Shown here: piece by piece, positions 1-7,744 of the stretch
Position numbering within the stretch: position 1 is the first letter of the stretch
Layout of the letters: the number at the start of each line of letters is the position of its first letter
IMG/VR virus record: IMGVR_UViG_2690316210_000016
Coordinates: 1 to 13,035 of that record
Source of the DNA: a virus
Taxonomy: Duplodnaviria > Heunggongvirae > Uroviricota > Caudoviricetes
Reading direction: 5' to 3' (one strand)
DNA length: 13,035 bases
Position numbers and translations under genes: made by a program
Notes under the pieces: model-generated
Seen by the model: only the letters and a program-made list of their open reading frames with translations
Database searches by the model: none
What the model was told of the DNA's origin: nothing

Positions 1-1230
1 ATGAGCAGAGCACTTAACAAACTGAGCGATACACAGCTGAGGAAAATCAACGGCACACCCGCCCAAAAAACAGCTTTTCTTAATGACGGTGGAAACCTGA
101 GCGTCAGGCATTCAACCAGCGGCCTTTTAACCTGGTATTTCACCTACAGGGCCGGAACGGGAAGGGGAGCACGACCGGAACGGATTAAGCTGGGAAATTA
201 TCCTGATCTGAGTCTGAAAGCTGCCAGGGAAAAAGCGGCACAGTGTCGCGCTTGGCTTGCTGAGGGGAAAAATCCACGTCATGAGATGAATTACACCGTA
301 CAGAAAGCGTTAAAGCCCGTAACGGTTGGCGATGCGCTTACCTACTGGCTTGAGTCTTACGTAAAGGAAAACCGCGTGGATTATGCCGCCCTGAAAAAGC
401 GCCTTAATAATCACGTAATACAGCACATTGGTGCTATGCCGCTGGATAAATGCGAGCTACGGCACTGGCTGGCCTGTTTTGACCAGGTGGCAAAGCGAAC
501 GCCTGTTACTGCCGGATTCTTGCTACAGACGTGCAAACAGGCGCTTAAGTTCTGCCGGAGGCGGCGCTATGCAATCAGCAACGTTCTTGATGATATGAGT
601 GTGGCGGACGTTGGGAAAAAACCGGATATAAGCGAGCGTGTCTTAAGCACCAAAGAACTTGGCGAATTATTGCAGGCACTGGACAAAAAAATATTTTCCC
701 CTTACTACGTCGCACTAATCCGCCTCCTGATTGTTTTCGGATGCCGGACGGTAGAACTGAGGTTATCGGAGATCAGCGAGTGGGATTTTACCGAAATGCT
801 CTGGACCGTGCCGAAAGAACACAGCAAAACGAAGGTGGCAATATTCCGGCCCATACCGGAAGCAATACTGCCGTTCGTCACGCAGCTGGTGGAGCAGAAC
901 AGGCACACGGGCTTATTGCTGGGGGAAGTGAAACAGGAAACAAGCGTGTCGCAGTACGGCAGATTAGCGCACAGGAGGCTAAAACACCCTCACTGGTCAC
1001 TGCATGACATCCGGCGCACCTTTACAACGATGCTGAACGATTTAGGCGTGGATCCTCACGTCGTGGAGCAGCTTACAGGTCATCAGATGCCAGGGATGCA
1101 ACGAGTCTATAACCATTCCCGTTATCTGGATGCGAAACGTGACGCGCTGGATATGTGGACGGAGCGGTTAGGGATACTGGCGGGAACACATGAAAACGTA
1201 ACCACATTGCCAATAGCCAGAGAAATATAA
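1..1230 (+). CDS. int: Tyrosine site-specific integrase (phage integrase family), 409 aa
   Basis: Full ORF from ATG at position 1. C-terminal region has the catalytic-domain pattern (HDIRRTF...GHQMPGMQRVYNHSRY, i.e. His/Arg box and a tyrosine near the end). N-terminal part resembles the arm-binding domain of P4-type integrases. Family assignment is from memory, no search run. Confidence 0.88.
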   Translation: MSRALNKLSDTQLRKINGTPAQKTAFLNDGGNLSVRHSTSGLLTWYFTYRAGTGRGARPERIKLGNYPDLSLKAAREKAAQCRAWLAEGKNPRHEMNYTVQKALKPVTVGDALTYWLESYVKENRVDYAALKKRLNNHVIQHIGAMPLDKCELRHWLACFDQVAKRTPVTAGFLLQTCKQALKFCRRRRYAISNVLDDMSVADVGKKPDISERVLSTKELGELLQALDKKIFSPYYVALIRLLIVFGCRTVELRLSEISEWDFTEMLWTVPKEHSKTKVAIFRPIPEAILPFVTQLVEQNRHTGLLLGEVKQETSVSQYGRLAHRRLKHPHWSLHDIRRTFTTMLNDLGVDPHVVEQLTGHQMPGMQRVYNHSRYLDAKRDALDMWTERLGILAGTHENVTTLPIAREI

Positions 1231-1260
1231 TTTTTTTTGCGATTTTTCAGGATGCGGACA

Positions 1261-1315
1261 ACGTGAAACAACGAGACACAACGACGAACAACAAGGAACA
1301 AAATGGAACAACGGG
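1261..1315. repeat. Five tandem ~10-11 bp GAACAAC-type repeats between int and alpA
   Basis: Direct reading: tgaaacaacga / gacacaacgac / gaacaacaag / gaacaaaatg / gaacaacggg, at roughly one helical turn spacing. A second CA-rich repetitive stretch (gacacaatcc gacacaaccc aacccaataatccaccc) lies at about 1513..1565. Confidence 0.4.
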
Positions 1316-1595
1316 TTAAAAATCAGCCATCGTAATAACCATTTGATTTTTATAGGTGTACTGTTTTTTTATACACTGGCGAATCACTCTTAAAAATATG
1401 TAAAAAAGGCGTAAAAGTAAAATTTTATGCCTTTGCATCATAATGAATTAAAAGAGTTTTTATTCTCATTCCCCCTGCTTCTGTAAAACGACCGCCGCCA
1501 GTGTTTGCCATTCCACAAACACCCTGACACAATCCGACACAACCCAACCCAATAATCCACCCAATGACTCTTTAAGAAACAACAAAGGGGGAATT

Positions 1596-1784
1596 GTGTT
1601 AAGCACAGATCGCTTTATACGTGAAAAAGAATGTCAGCAACTTACAGGCCTGAGCCGCTCATGTCGGTACCGCCTGGAAAAAGCCGGACAATTCCCATCA
1701 CGGCGTAAGCTGGGCGGTCGTTCCGTTGGCTGGTCTTTATCCGAAGTTCTGGCATGGAAGGACAGCTGCGAGGCAGTTCACTAA
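1596..1784 (+). CDS. alpA: AlpA-family small DNA-binding regulator / excisionase-like protein, 62 aa
   Basis: GTG start at 1596 preceded by aaaggggg. Translation (FIREKECQQLTGLSRSCRYRLEKAGQFPSRRKLGGRSVGWSLSEVLAWK) matches the AlpA/CP4-57 regulator HTH pattern. Its position just after int is typical of satellites and integrative elements. Confidence 0.8.
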   Translation: MLSTDRFIREKECQQLTGLSRSCRYRLEKAGQFPSRRKLGGRSVGWSLSEVLAWKDSCEAVH

Positions 1785-1836
1785 TCAGGCTGGCGGCACA
1801 CAGCCGCCACCCATCCACTAATACAGAGATCTAACC

Positions 1837-3261
1837 ATGAATACTGGATATTCTCCCGAACAAGGGCGGGGCTTCGTTCGTCCTGAAAAACAGAATCTGC
1901 AAAATTTTGCCGAAATTATTCCGGTTATTTCCGGCCTTACTGGCGGGAGTGAAACCAATATTGTTAACGCCAGAGCGTTGCAGATGTTTGATGATAAAAA
2001 GGGAGTAAATTTAACTTACACCCCTGACGGCAATCAGAATATGAGCATTATCTCTGAGTCAGGTTTCTACAAACTAATAAAAACAAAAAGCGCCCCGTTG
2101 CCGGAGCGCCTTTGTGAACAATTAACCTACTGCGCAAAAAATGAATCTGAGCAGTGGGATTATATCAACCATGTGGAGAAGCGCCACAATTGCCGAATAA
2201 CGGGCAAAACAAAGGCCACCCGCTACGGTGGCCCCTCGACACAAGCTACACGTTATCCCCAACGCATGAGCATTGCCAACAATGCCACATTTGCGGCTGG
2301 TGGGCAATGCAATCAGTCTGGTTCAGTTCGTTGCCATACCTGCAATGAGCGCTTTTCCCTGTACTCTTTAAGGAATTGCTCAAGGGCAAAAGCACATGGC
2401 GCGAATCTTTCTGATTCATGCTCTATCTTTCTGCGCCGTCTTTTCCGTGCCGGTGATAATGTTTTGGTCAATTCTTTATCGGTCATTGTGTTGTCCTGCA
2501 TAGCAATGCGCCGTAATACCTTACACCACGGCGCTGATGGTGATTACTCTGGTTCTTTGGTCTTGCGGCGCTGGAGTTCTTCACGTGCGACAGTGACGAG
2601 CTGCCCGATCTCCTCGGCGGCTTTGATTCCGAGTTTTTCCACCTGCGCCAGTGCATCGAGCGAAGAAACCAGGGGATTTTCTCCACTTCCTTCTGCCTGG
2701 CGCCGGGCGATCTCACCGCGTACAGCCGTAACTATAAAATTCGCTTTAGTTTCCCCTGGCTGTAGGGATGCCTCAATGCCACTCACTACTTCATGTGGAA
2801 ATCTGGCATTCAGTTGCTGTGACTTATTGTTAACAGAACTCCTGGACATGTTTGCACCTCCCATTAATAACGGGATGCAGTGTAATACAAAAGTGAATAC
2901 CAAAAAAGACTTGAAATGGTATTCACCTAAATGTAATGTGAATACCACAAGTGCTGATACATGCAATTCAGCAATTGAAACGACGAAGCCCCGCACTGTT
3001 GGAGCAGTAACGGGGCTTCTAACCACCAACGATAACGAGAGTATCGAGGTAGCTATGAGAAATCATACCACACACCCGCAAGGGCGGGACTCGCACAACC
3101 TGAATAAATACATCTGGCGTTTTATCGCCCTGAGCACTGCACAACCGCGCGTGATTACCATTGAGGCCACCAGCGAACAGGAAGCACGCCAGCAATCCCC
3201 GGCTGGCTGCGTGATGGTATTCGCTGCCCGTATTCGTCAGGAGGTGTGCCATGTGCAATAA
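1837..3261 (+). CDS. Questionable 474-codon ORF; only the first ~90 codons look protein-like (antirepressor / Bro-N-like segment)
   Basis: Residues ~50-85 (MFDDKKGVNLTYTPDGNQNMSIISESGFYKLIKTKSA) resemble the C-terminal half of a Bro-N/antirepressor domain, but the N-terminal half does not match well. From about nt 2150 onward the translation is Cys/Ser/Arg/Thr-rich and looks non-coding. The ORF also runs antisense through a well-supported minus-strand gene (2544..2849) and through a repeat-rich regulatory region. Probably a gene remnant plus a chance open frame. Confidence 0.25.
   Translation: MNTGYSPEQGRGFVRPEKQNLQNFAEIIPVISGLTGGSETNIVNARALQMFDDKKGVNLTYTPDGNQNMSIISESGFYKLIKTKSAPLPERLCEQLTYCAKNESEQWDYINHVEKRHNCRITGKTKATRYGGPSTQATRYPQRMSIANNATFAAGGQCNQSGSVRCHTCNERFSLYSLRNCSRAKAHGANLSDSCSIFLRRLFRAGDNVLVNSLSVIVLSCIAMRRNTLHHGADGDYSGSLVLRRWSSSRATVTSCPISSAALIPSFSTCASASSEETRGFSPLPSAWRRAISPRTAVTIKFALVSPGCRDASMPLTTSCGNLAFSCCDLLLTELLDMFAPPINNGMQCNTKVNTKKDLKWYSPKCNVNTTSADTCNSAIETTKPRTVGAVTGLLTTNDNESIEVAMRNHTTHPQGRDSHNLNKYIWRFIALSTAQPRVITIEATSEQEARQQSPAGCVMVFAARIRQEVCHVQ
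2544..2849 (-). CDS. Hypothetical small protein (102 aa), possible island regulator
   Basis: Minus-strand ATG (complement of cat at 2847..2849) sits 6 nt after a strong Shine-Dalgarno (GGGAGGTG on the minus strand). The longer upstream extension in the ORF track (to 3029) is hydrophobic junk, so the internal start is preferred. It faces away from the replication operon across operator-like repeats. No family recognised. Confidence 0.45.
   Translation of the reverse strand: MSRSSVNNKSQQLNARFPHEVVSGIEASLQPGETKANFIVTAVRGEIARRQAEGSGENPLVSSLDALAQVEKLGIKAAEEIGQLVTVAREELQRRKTKEPE
2881..3019. promoter_or_regulatory. Operator-like repeats (GTGAATACC direct and inverted) and a 9-bp-stem hairpin in the divergent intergenic region
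   Basis: GTGAATACC at 2893..2901 and 2938..2946, its inverse GGTATTCAC at 2918..2926; TGTAAT at 2881 and 2932. Hairpin GAAGCCCCG (2985..2993) / CGGGGCTTC (3011..3019) with no downstream T-tract. Lies between the minus-strand gene and the plus-strand operon starting at 3251. Confidence 0.35.
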
Positions 3262-3475
3262 CACCCGTCCGGACGCAGCCGCCGAAGCCATCATAACGCT
3301 AATGCATGCGCTGATTGATATTTCTGTTATTGCTGACAGGGCGCATAAACACGCAGTCAGAGAATCAGAATGCATCTTCCATTATTTAGCATTTGTGCAG
3401 CTAAAAGCCGATCAGGCACTGGATAAGGCCGGAAAAATTATCATGGCTGATGTGCAGGAGGTGCACCATGCATAA
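3251..3475 (+). CDS. Hypothetical protein, 74 aa
   Basis: ATG at 3251 preceded by AGGAGG (caggaggtgtgccATG). Its stop overlaps the start of the next ORF (atgcataa), indicating translational coupling. Confidence 0.55.
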   Translation: MCNNTRPDAAAEAIITLMHALIDISVIADRAHKHAVRESECIFHYLAFVQLKADQALDKAGKIIMADVQEVHHA

Positions 3476-3833
3476 CCTGTCAATTTCTGACCTTAACAGC
3501 ATTCAGTTTGACGAGAAATTTACCGGGCAGTTGCTGGTCAATGTGGAGAACGGGCGCATAGTGCGTAATTATCACCTGCCGGATGGTGCAATTGCCGGAA
3601 GCGTTGAAGCATTGCTGGAACTGGCGGAACGTGCGCGACTGATTAAGCCGTCAACGAGCCATCACGATGATGATCTGCATTTTACCGGATGTATGGTGAG
3701 TCACTACGAAAACGGCGTCGAGGTATCCTGCGAACGGCTGCGTGATGATTGCTGTTTCGGCACACTGCCGGAATTTATCGAGTTGCTGACCAGTTGCGGT
3801 TATCAGGTCATTCAGGGGGGTAAACATGCGTGA
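3468..3833 (+). CDS. Hypothetical protein, 121 aa
   Basis: ATG at 3468 preceded by AGGAGG (caggaggtgcaccATG). The ORF-track start at 3450 would place the SD inside the coding sequence, so 3468 is preferred. No recognisable domain. Confidence 0.55.
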   Translation: MHNLSISDLNSIQFDEKFTGQLLVNVENGRIVRNYHLPDGAIAGSVEALLELAERARLIKPSTSHHDDDLHFTGCMVSHYENGVEVSCERLRDDCCFGTLPEFIELLTSCGYQVIQGGKHA

Positions 3834-4059
3834 TGATCGTTTTAATTCCCTGAAACAGGAATTTTCCGGCGTTCCTGATGATGCGGCTGATGCGCTTTCG
3901 TCAATGCCAGAACTTATTAGAGCGGCTTTTTTCTTACTTTCCACGAGAGAATATAAATCAACGGGGCTTGATGTACTGAATATCGCCGCCGATTATGCGG
4001 AATATGTGGCAGAGGCGCGTTACAGAAGAAAATTTCCTGAGGATGTAAGCCATGCGTGA
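3826..4059 (+). CDS. Hypothetical protein, 77 aa
   Basis: ATG at 3826 after a GGGGGG run; start overlaps the previous stop. Acidic small protein, no family recognised. Confidence 0.5.
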   Translation: MRDDRFNSLKQEFSGVPDDAADALSSMPELIRAAFFLLSTREYKSTGLDVLNIAADYAEYVAEARYRRKFPEDVSHA

Positions 4060-4285
4060 TATTTACCACGAAACAATAGACCGCGCATTTCTTGCACTTT
4101 CTCACAGTGAAAACATGCTGGAAATATTGCGCATATGGCTTGAAACACTTGGCGACAATGAACGCGACAAACAAAAATCAAGAATTGCCACGGCATTAAT
4201 AACGCTTCTTGAGCCTGTAATAATGGAACTGCAAGAAATAGATCTATTGCACGACAGATATAAAGAACAGCACACCGGAGAATAA
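4052..4285 (+). CDS. Hypothetical protein, 77 aa
   Basis: ATG at 4052 after GAGGA; overlaps the previous stop. No family recognised. Confidence 0.5.
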   Translation: MRDIYHETIDRAFLALSHSENMLEILRIWLETLGDNERDKQKSRIATALITLLEPVIMELQEIDLLHDRYKEQHTGE

Positions 4286-4290
4286 AAATA

Positions 4291-4590
4291 ATGAAACTTA
4301 AATATTCTGGCTTAACTGCCAGTGGCAACACTCACCCTAAATTTACGCGCGGTGATATTTACCGCGACCAGTACGGCGGCACGGTAATGATTAAGGGCGT
4401 GGAAGAACGGCGTGTAACCTACCGCCGTGAAGGTTACGAATATGATTGCGTGATGCCTGTTTATCAGTTCCGGCGTGATTTTTCTCTGGTGCAGACCGCG
4501 CCGCATAACGTGCCCACCAGCAACGCCAGGGCACGGGCAAACATCCAGAAGCTGAAAACCATGATTAACGGATTCAGGGGTAAAAAATGA
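4291..4590 (+). CDS. Hypothetical protein, 99 aa
   Basis: ATG at 4291 after GGAGA; its stop overlaps the primase start (ATGA). No family recognised. Confidence 0.5.
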   Translation: MKLKYSGLTASGNTHPKFTRGDIYRDQYGGTVMIKGVEERRVTYRREGYEYDCVMPVYQFRRDFSLVQTAPHNVPTSNARARANIQKLKTMINGFRGKK

Positions 4591-6341
4591 AACTGGCACC
4601 GAACGTAAAACAGCAGTCACGCGGCATAAAACACAAAGGAACAGAAGTCATTATTTTTGCGGGTAGTGATGCCTGGGCACACGCGAAACAATGGCAGGAA
4701 CATGATGCGCGTATGGCCGGAGATAATGAGCCTCCTGTGTGGCTTGGGGAGCAGCAGTTATCAGAACTGGATAAGCTGCAAATTGTGCCGGAAGGCAGAA
4801 AATCCGTGCGCATATTCAGGGCCGGATATCTTGCGCCAGTAATGATAAAGGCGATTGGCCAGAAGCTGGCGGCGGCAGGCGTACAGGATGCAAATTTTTA
4901 CCCTGATGGTATGCACGGTCAGAAGGTGGAGAACTGGCGCGAATATCTGGCCCGTGAGCGCCAGAATCTTTCTGATGGTCTGGTCATTGAGCTTCCGGTA
5001 AAGCAAAAGGCGCAACTTTCGCAGATGGCGGACAGTGAGCGCGCGCAGCTGCTTGCCGATCGCTTTGATGGCGTTTGCGTACATCCTGAAAGTGAAATCG
5101 TTCACGTATGGCGCGGCGGGGTATGGTGTCCGGTCAGCACAATGGAACTTAGCCGCGAAATGGTGGCGATCTATTCAGAGCACAGGGCCACTTTCAGCAA
5201 GCGCGTAATCAATAACGCCGTGGAAGCGTTAAAAGTTATTGCCGAACCAATGGGCGAGCCGTCCGGCGATTTGCTGCCGTTCGCCAATGGTGCGCTTGAC
5301 CTGAAAACGGGGGAATTTTCCCCGCACACGCCGGAGAACTGGATCACCACGCACAACGGCATTGAGTACACGCCACCAGCACCCGGGGAGAACATCCGCG
5401 ATAACGCGCCAAACTTTCATAAATGGCTTGAGCACGCAGCCGGAAAAGACCCGCGCAAGATGATGCGTATATGTGCCGCGCTGTACATGATTATGGCGAA
5501 CCGGTACGACTGGCAGATGTTTATTGAGGCCACCGGAGACGGCGGGAGCGGTAAAAGTACATTCACACACATAGCCAGCCTTCTGGCAGGGAAACAAAAC
5601 ACGGTAAGCGCTGAAATGACATCGCTTGATGATGCTGGTGGGCGTGCGCAGGTTGTCGAGAGTCGTCTTATCGTCCTGGCTGACCAGCCGAAATATACAG
5701 GCGAAGGAACGGGCATCAAGAAAATCACGGGCGGCGACCCCGTGGAAATTAACCCGAAATATGAAAAGCGTTTCACGGCGGTAATCAGGGCGGTGGTGCT
5801 GGCGACCAACAACAACCCGATGATATTCACCGAACGGGCCGGAGGTGTGGCACGTCGTCGCGTGATTTTCCGTTTCGACAATATCGTCAGTGAGGCCGAA
5901 AAAGACAGGGAGCTACCGGAAAAGATTGCGGCTGAAATCCCTGTGATTATCCGCCGATTGCTGGCGAACTTTTCCGACCCTGAAAAGGCACGGGCTTTAC
6001 TCATTGAACAGCGTGACGGTGATGAAGCACTGGCGATAAAGCAGCAAACGGATCCGGTTATTGAGTTTTGCCAGTTCCTGAATTTTCTGGAGGAAGCGCG
6101 CGGCCTGATGATGGGTGGCGGTGGCGATTCAGTGAAGTACACGACCAGGAACAGCCTTTACCGCGTCTATCTGGCGTTTATGGCATACGCAGGCAGGAGC
6201 AAACCGCTAAACGTAAATGACTTTGGCAAGGCTATGAAGCCTGCCGCAAAAGTTTACGGACATGAATATATTACGCGGAAAGTTAAGGGGGTAACGCAGA
6301 CTAACGCAATAACAACAGACGAGTGCGACGCGTTTTTATAA
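4587..6341 (+). CDS. Replication initiator: P4-type primase C-terminal / SF3 helicase (D5-like NTPase) protein, 584 aa
   Basis: Walker A P-loop EATGDGGSGKSTF (nt ~5534..5557) followed by a Walker-B-like hydrophobic stretch ending in D (RLIVLADQ). Overall resemblance to the P4-alpha / PICI pri-rep NTPase domain, and an iteron array lies directly downstream. Family from memory, no search run. Confidence 0.82.
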   Translation: MKLAPNVKQQSRGIKHKGTEVIIFAGSDAWAHAKQWQEHDARMAGDNEPPVWLGEQQLSELDKLQIVPEGRKSVRIFRAGYLAPVMIKAIGQKLAAAGVQDANFYPDGMHGQKVENWREYLARERQNLSDGLVIELPVKQKAQLSQMADSERAQLLADRFDGVCVHPESEIVHVWRGGVWCPVSTMELSREMVAIYSEHRATFSKRVINNAVEALKVIAEPMGEPSGDLLPFANGALDLKTGEFSPHTPENWITTHNGIEYTPPAPGENIRDNAPNFHKWLEHAAGKDPRKMMRICAALYMIMANRYDWQMFIEATGDGGSGKSTFTHIASLLAGKQNTVSAEMTSLDDAGGRAQVVESRLIVLADQPKYTGEGTGIKKITGGDPVEINPKYEKRFTAVIRAVVLATNNNPMIFTERAGGVARRRVIFRFDNIVSEAEKDRELPEKIAAEIPVIIRRLLANFSDPEKARALLIEQRDGDEALAIKQQTDPVIEFCQFLNFLEEARGLMMGGGGDSVKYTTRNSLYRVYLAFMAYAGRSKPLNVNDFGKAMKPAAKVYGHEYITRKVKGVTQTNAITTDECDAFL

Positions 6342-6356
6342 TTTTTTGTAATTGCT

Positions 6357-6580
6357 GTCTACCCTGTCTACCTGAGTAAAGAAAAATACATTTAATTCAG
6401 TGCATTAAGTTAGGTAGATAGCCTTTTTTTACTGTCTACCCACTATCTACCCTCTCTACCTGATTTTACCTGAATCAGACAGGGAGGTAGACACGGGGTA
6501 GATAGTGGATAAAAGCACTCTACCCCGCTGAAATCCGCGCCATTACTGGCATGAGGGCCACTAAGGTAGATAAGGTAGAC
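6357..6580. repeat. Iteron array, putative replication origin
   Basis: About 11 copies of the heptamer GTCTACC / GGTAGA(C/T) within 225 bp. Mostly GTCTACC-type in the left cluster (6357, 6366, 6434, 6445, 6454) and GGTAGAC/T-type in the right cluster (6486, 6497, 6565, 6574), with one GGTAGAT at 6413 and one CTCTACC at 6518. An AT-rich stretch (6374..6412) lies inside the left cluster. Confidence 0.7.
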
Positions 6581-6629
6581 AAGGGGAGGCACAACTCAAA
6601 ACTTTTTAAACGAGGGGGTAAAAATAAAT

Positions 6630-6908
6630 ATGCACACTTCAGGGAAATTTAATAAATCACTCAAAAAACGCAGAGACAGAACAGAACCGAAATATCGCGC
6701 GTTAGACATGACAGAGCACGCTTTAAAGGTGGCAATCAGAACGATAGACCGACACGTAGGGGAAGGATACGCGAAGGAACATCCCGACCTGATAAGCGCA
6801 TTCATGACCACAGCAGCGGCAAACTTTGCCACGCTGACAGAACGGGAGATTGCCGAAGCGGAACAGGTAACAACCATCAACGTTAAAACCGGAGAGGTGG
6901 AATCATGA
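6630..6908 (+). CDS. Hypothetical protein, 92 aa
   Basis: ATG at 6630 preceded by GAGGGGG; its stop overlaps the start of the SSB-like gene (ATGA). No family recognised. Confidence 0.5.
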   Translation: MHTSGKFNKSLKKRRDRTEPKYRALDMTEHALKVAIRTIDRHVGEGYAKEHPDLISAFMTTAAANFATLTEREIAEAEQVTTINVKTGEVES

Positions 6909-7315
6909 CAGCACAGATAGCAGCTTACGGGCGGCTGGTGGACGACCCGCAGGTAAAACAGACCAGCAAGGGCACACCAATGACGCTGGCACGTATGGCG
7001 GTATCGTTGCCATGTAGTCAGGCGCAGGATGGGCAGGCTACGTTATGGCTATCGGTGATGGCATTTGGTAAGCAGGCCGACTTCCTGGCTAAACATCAAA
7101 AAGGCGACGTTGCCAGCGTATCCGGCACGATGCAGGTCAGCCAGTGGACCGGACAGAACGGGGAAACGCGGCAGGGTTATCAGGTTATTGCAGACAGCGT
7201 AATCAGTGCCCGTGCGGCACGTCCTGGCGGGAACAGACGCAAAACCACAGGCACACAGGGTAATCAGCCACCAGCGGGAGGCGATGACCCTTACGGTGAT
7301 GATATTCCGTTCTGA
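6905..7315 (+). CDS. ssb: Single-stranded DNA-binding protein homolog (short, 136 aa)
   Basis: OB-fold-like N-terminal region, a Gly/Pro/Gln-rich linker, and a C-terminal acidic tip GDDIPF that corresponds to the conserved DDDIPF tail of bacterial SSB. Confidence 0.78.
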   Translation: MTAQIAAYGRLVDDPQVKQTSKGTPMTLARMAVSLPCSQAQDGQATLWLSVMAFGKQADFLAKHQKGDVASVSGTMQVSQWTGQNGETRQGYQVIADSVISARAARPGGNRRKTTGTQGNQPPAGGDDPYGDDIPF

Positions 7316-7325
7316 GGGGGTGAGG

Positions 7326-7574
7326 ATGGTACATGACCGCATAGCGGAGGAACTCGAGGCAAAAGGCTTTTACCGGAGGGCGGCGGCACGATGGGGTGAA
7401 GTCATGCAACTGGTGGAGACAGACAAGGAACGGCATCAGGTTACGATGCGACGGCTGGAATGTTCCAGGAAGGCACAGAGGCCACCGGAGCCGCCAACGG
7501 AGAACTATGCAGACCTGAGAAATGCAGTAAATCGCACTTACGCAGACATGGGGCTGAGCAAATTAGCAGAGTAG
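7326..7574 (+). CDS. PerC/Pch-family-like small transcriptional activator, 82 aa
   Basis: ATG at 7326 after GGGGG, in frame with the ORF-track entry 7206..7574, whose upstream part overlaps ssb and is probably not translated. The motif IAEELEAKGFYRRAAARWGEVM resembles the conserved N-terminal motif of PerC/Pch regulators as I recall it. Confidence 0.5.
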   Translation: MVHDRIAEELEAKGFYRRAAARWGEVMQLVETDKERHQVTMRRLECSRKAQRPPEPPTENYADLRNAVNRTYADMGLSKLAE

Positions 7575-7597
7575 GAATACCAGAACCACACCACACA

Positions 7598-7619
7598 GCC
7601 GGAGCAATCCGGCTTTTTT
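7598..7619 (+). terminator. Rho-independent terminator
   Basis: GCCGGA-GCAA-TCCGGC hairpin followed by TTTTTT. Confidence 0.6.
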
Positions 7620-7631
7620 GCGCCCAAAAAA

Positions 7632-7668
7632 AGCCCGATAAGGTCAGAGGTGGCTTATCGGGCTTTTG
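7632..7668. terminator. Second hairpin terminator, probably bidirectional
   Basis: Perfect 11-bp stem AGCCCGATAAG / CTTATCGGGCT with an 11-nt loop, flanked by an A-run upstream and TTTT downstream. Confidence 0.6.
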
Positions 7669-7744
7669 CATATGAGGTTTTTTGGTGCACTGACACACAT
7701 GATCGGGATAATCATTTCATAATTTGCAACGCAACTCAATATCA

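Noticed and set aside
705-1007. Overlapping ORFs (741..1007 plus, 705..908 minus) inside the integrase gene
   Set aside because: Alternative-frame and antisense shadows of the well-supported integrase reading frame.
1791-1809. Stem-loop (TGGCGGC-ACACA-GCCGCCA) after alpA as a terminator
   Set aside because: No T-tract follows, so it is not a convincing intrinsic terminator; it may still be an RNA structure.
3238-3470. Repeated 16-nt translation-initiation context CAGGAGGTG(T/C)(G/A)CCATG at 3238..3253 and 3455..3470 as a sign of gene duplication
   Set aside because: The downstream protein sequences are unrelated; most likely convergent strong-SD contexts.
5417-6142. 241-codon minus-strand ORF inside the primase/helicase gene
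   Set aside because: Ser/Arg/Ala-rich low-complexity translation with no start context; typical antisense shadow of a real gene.
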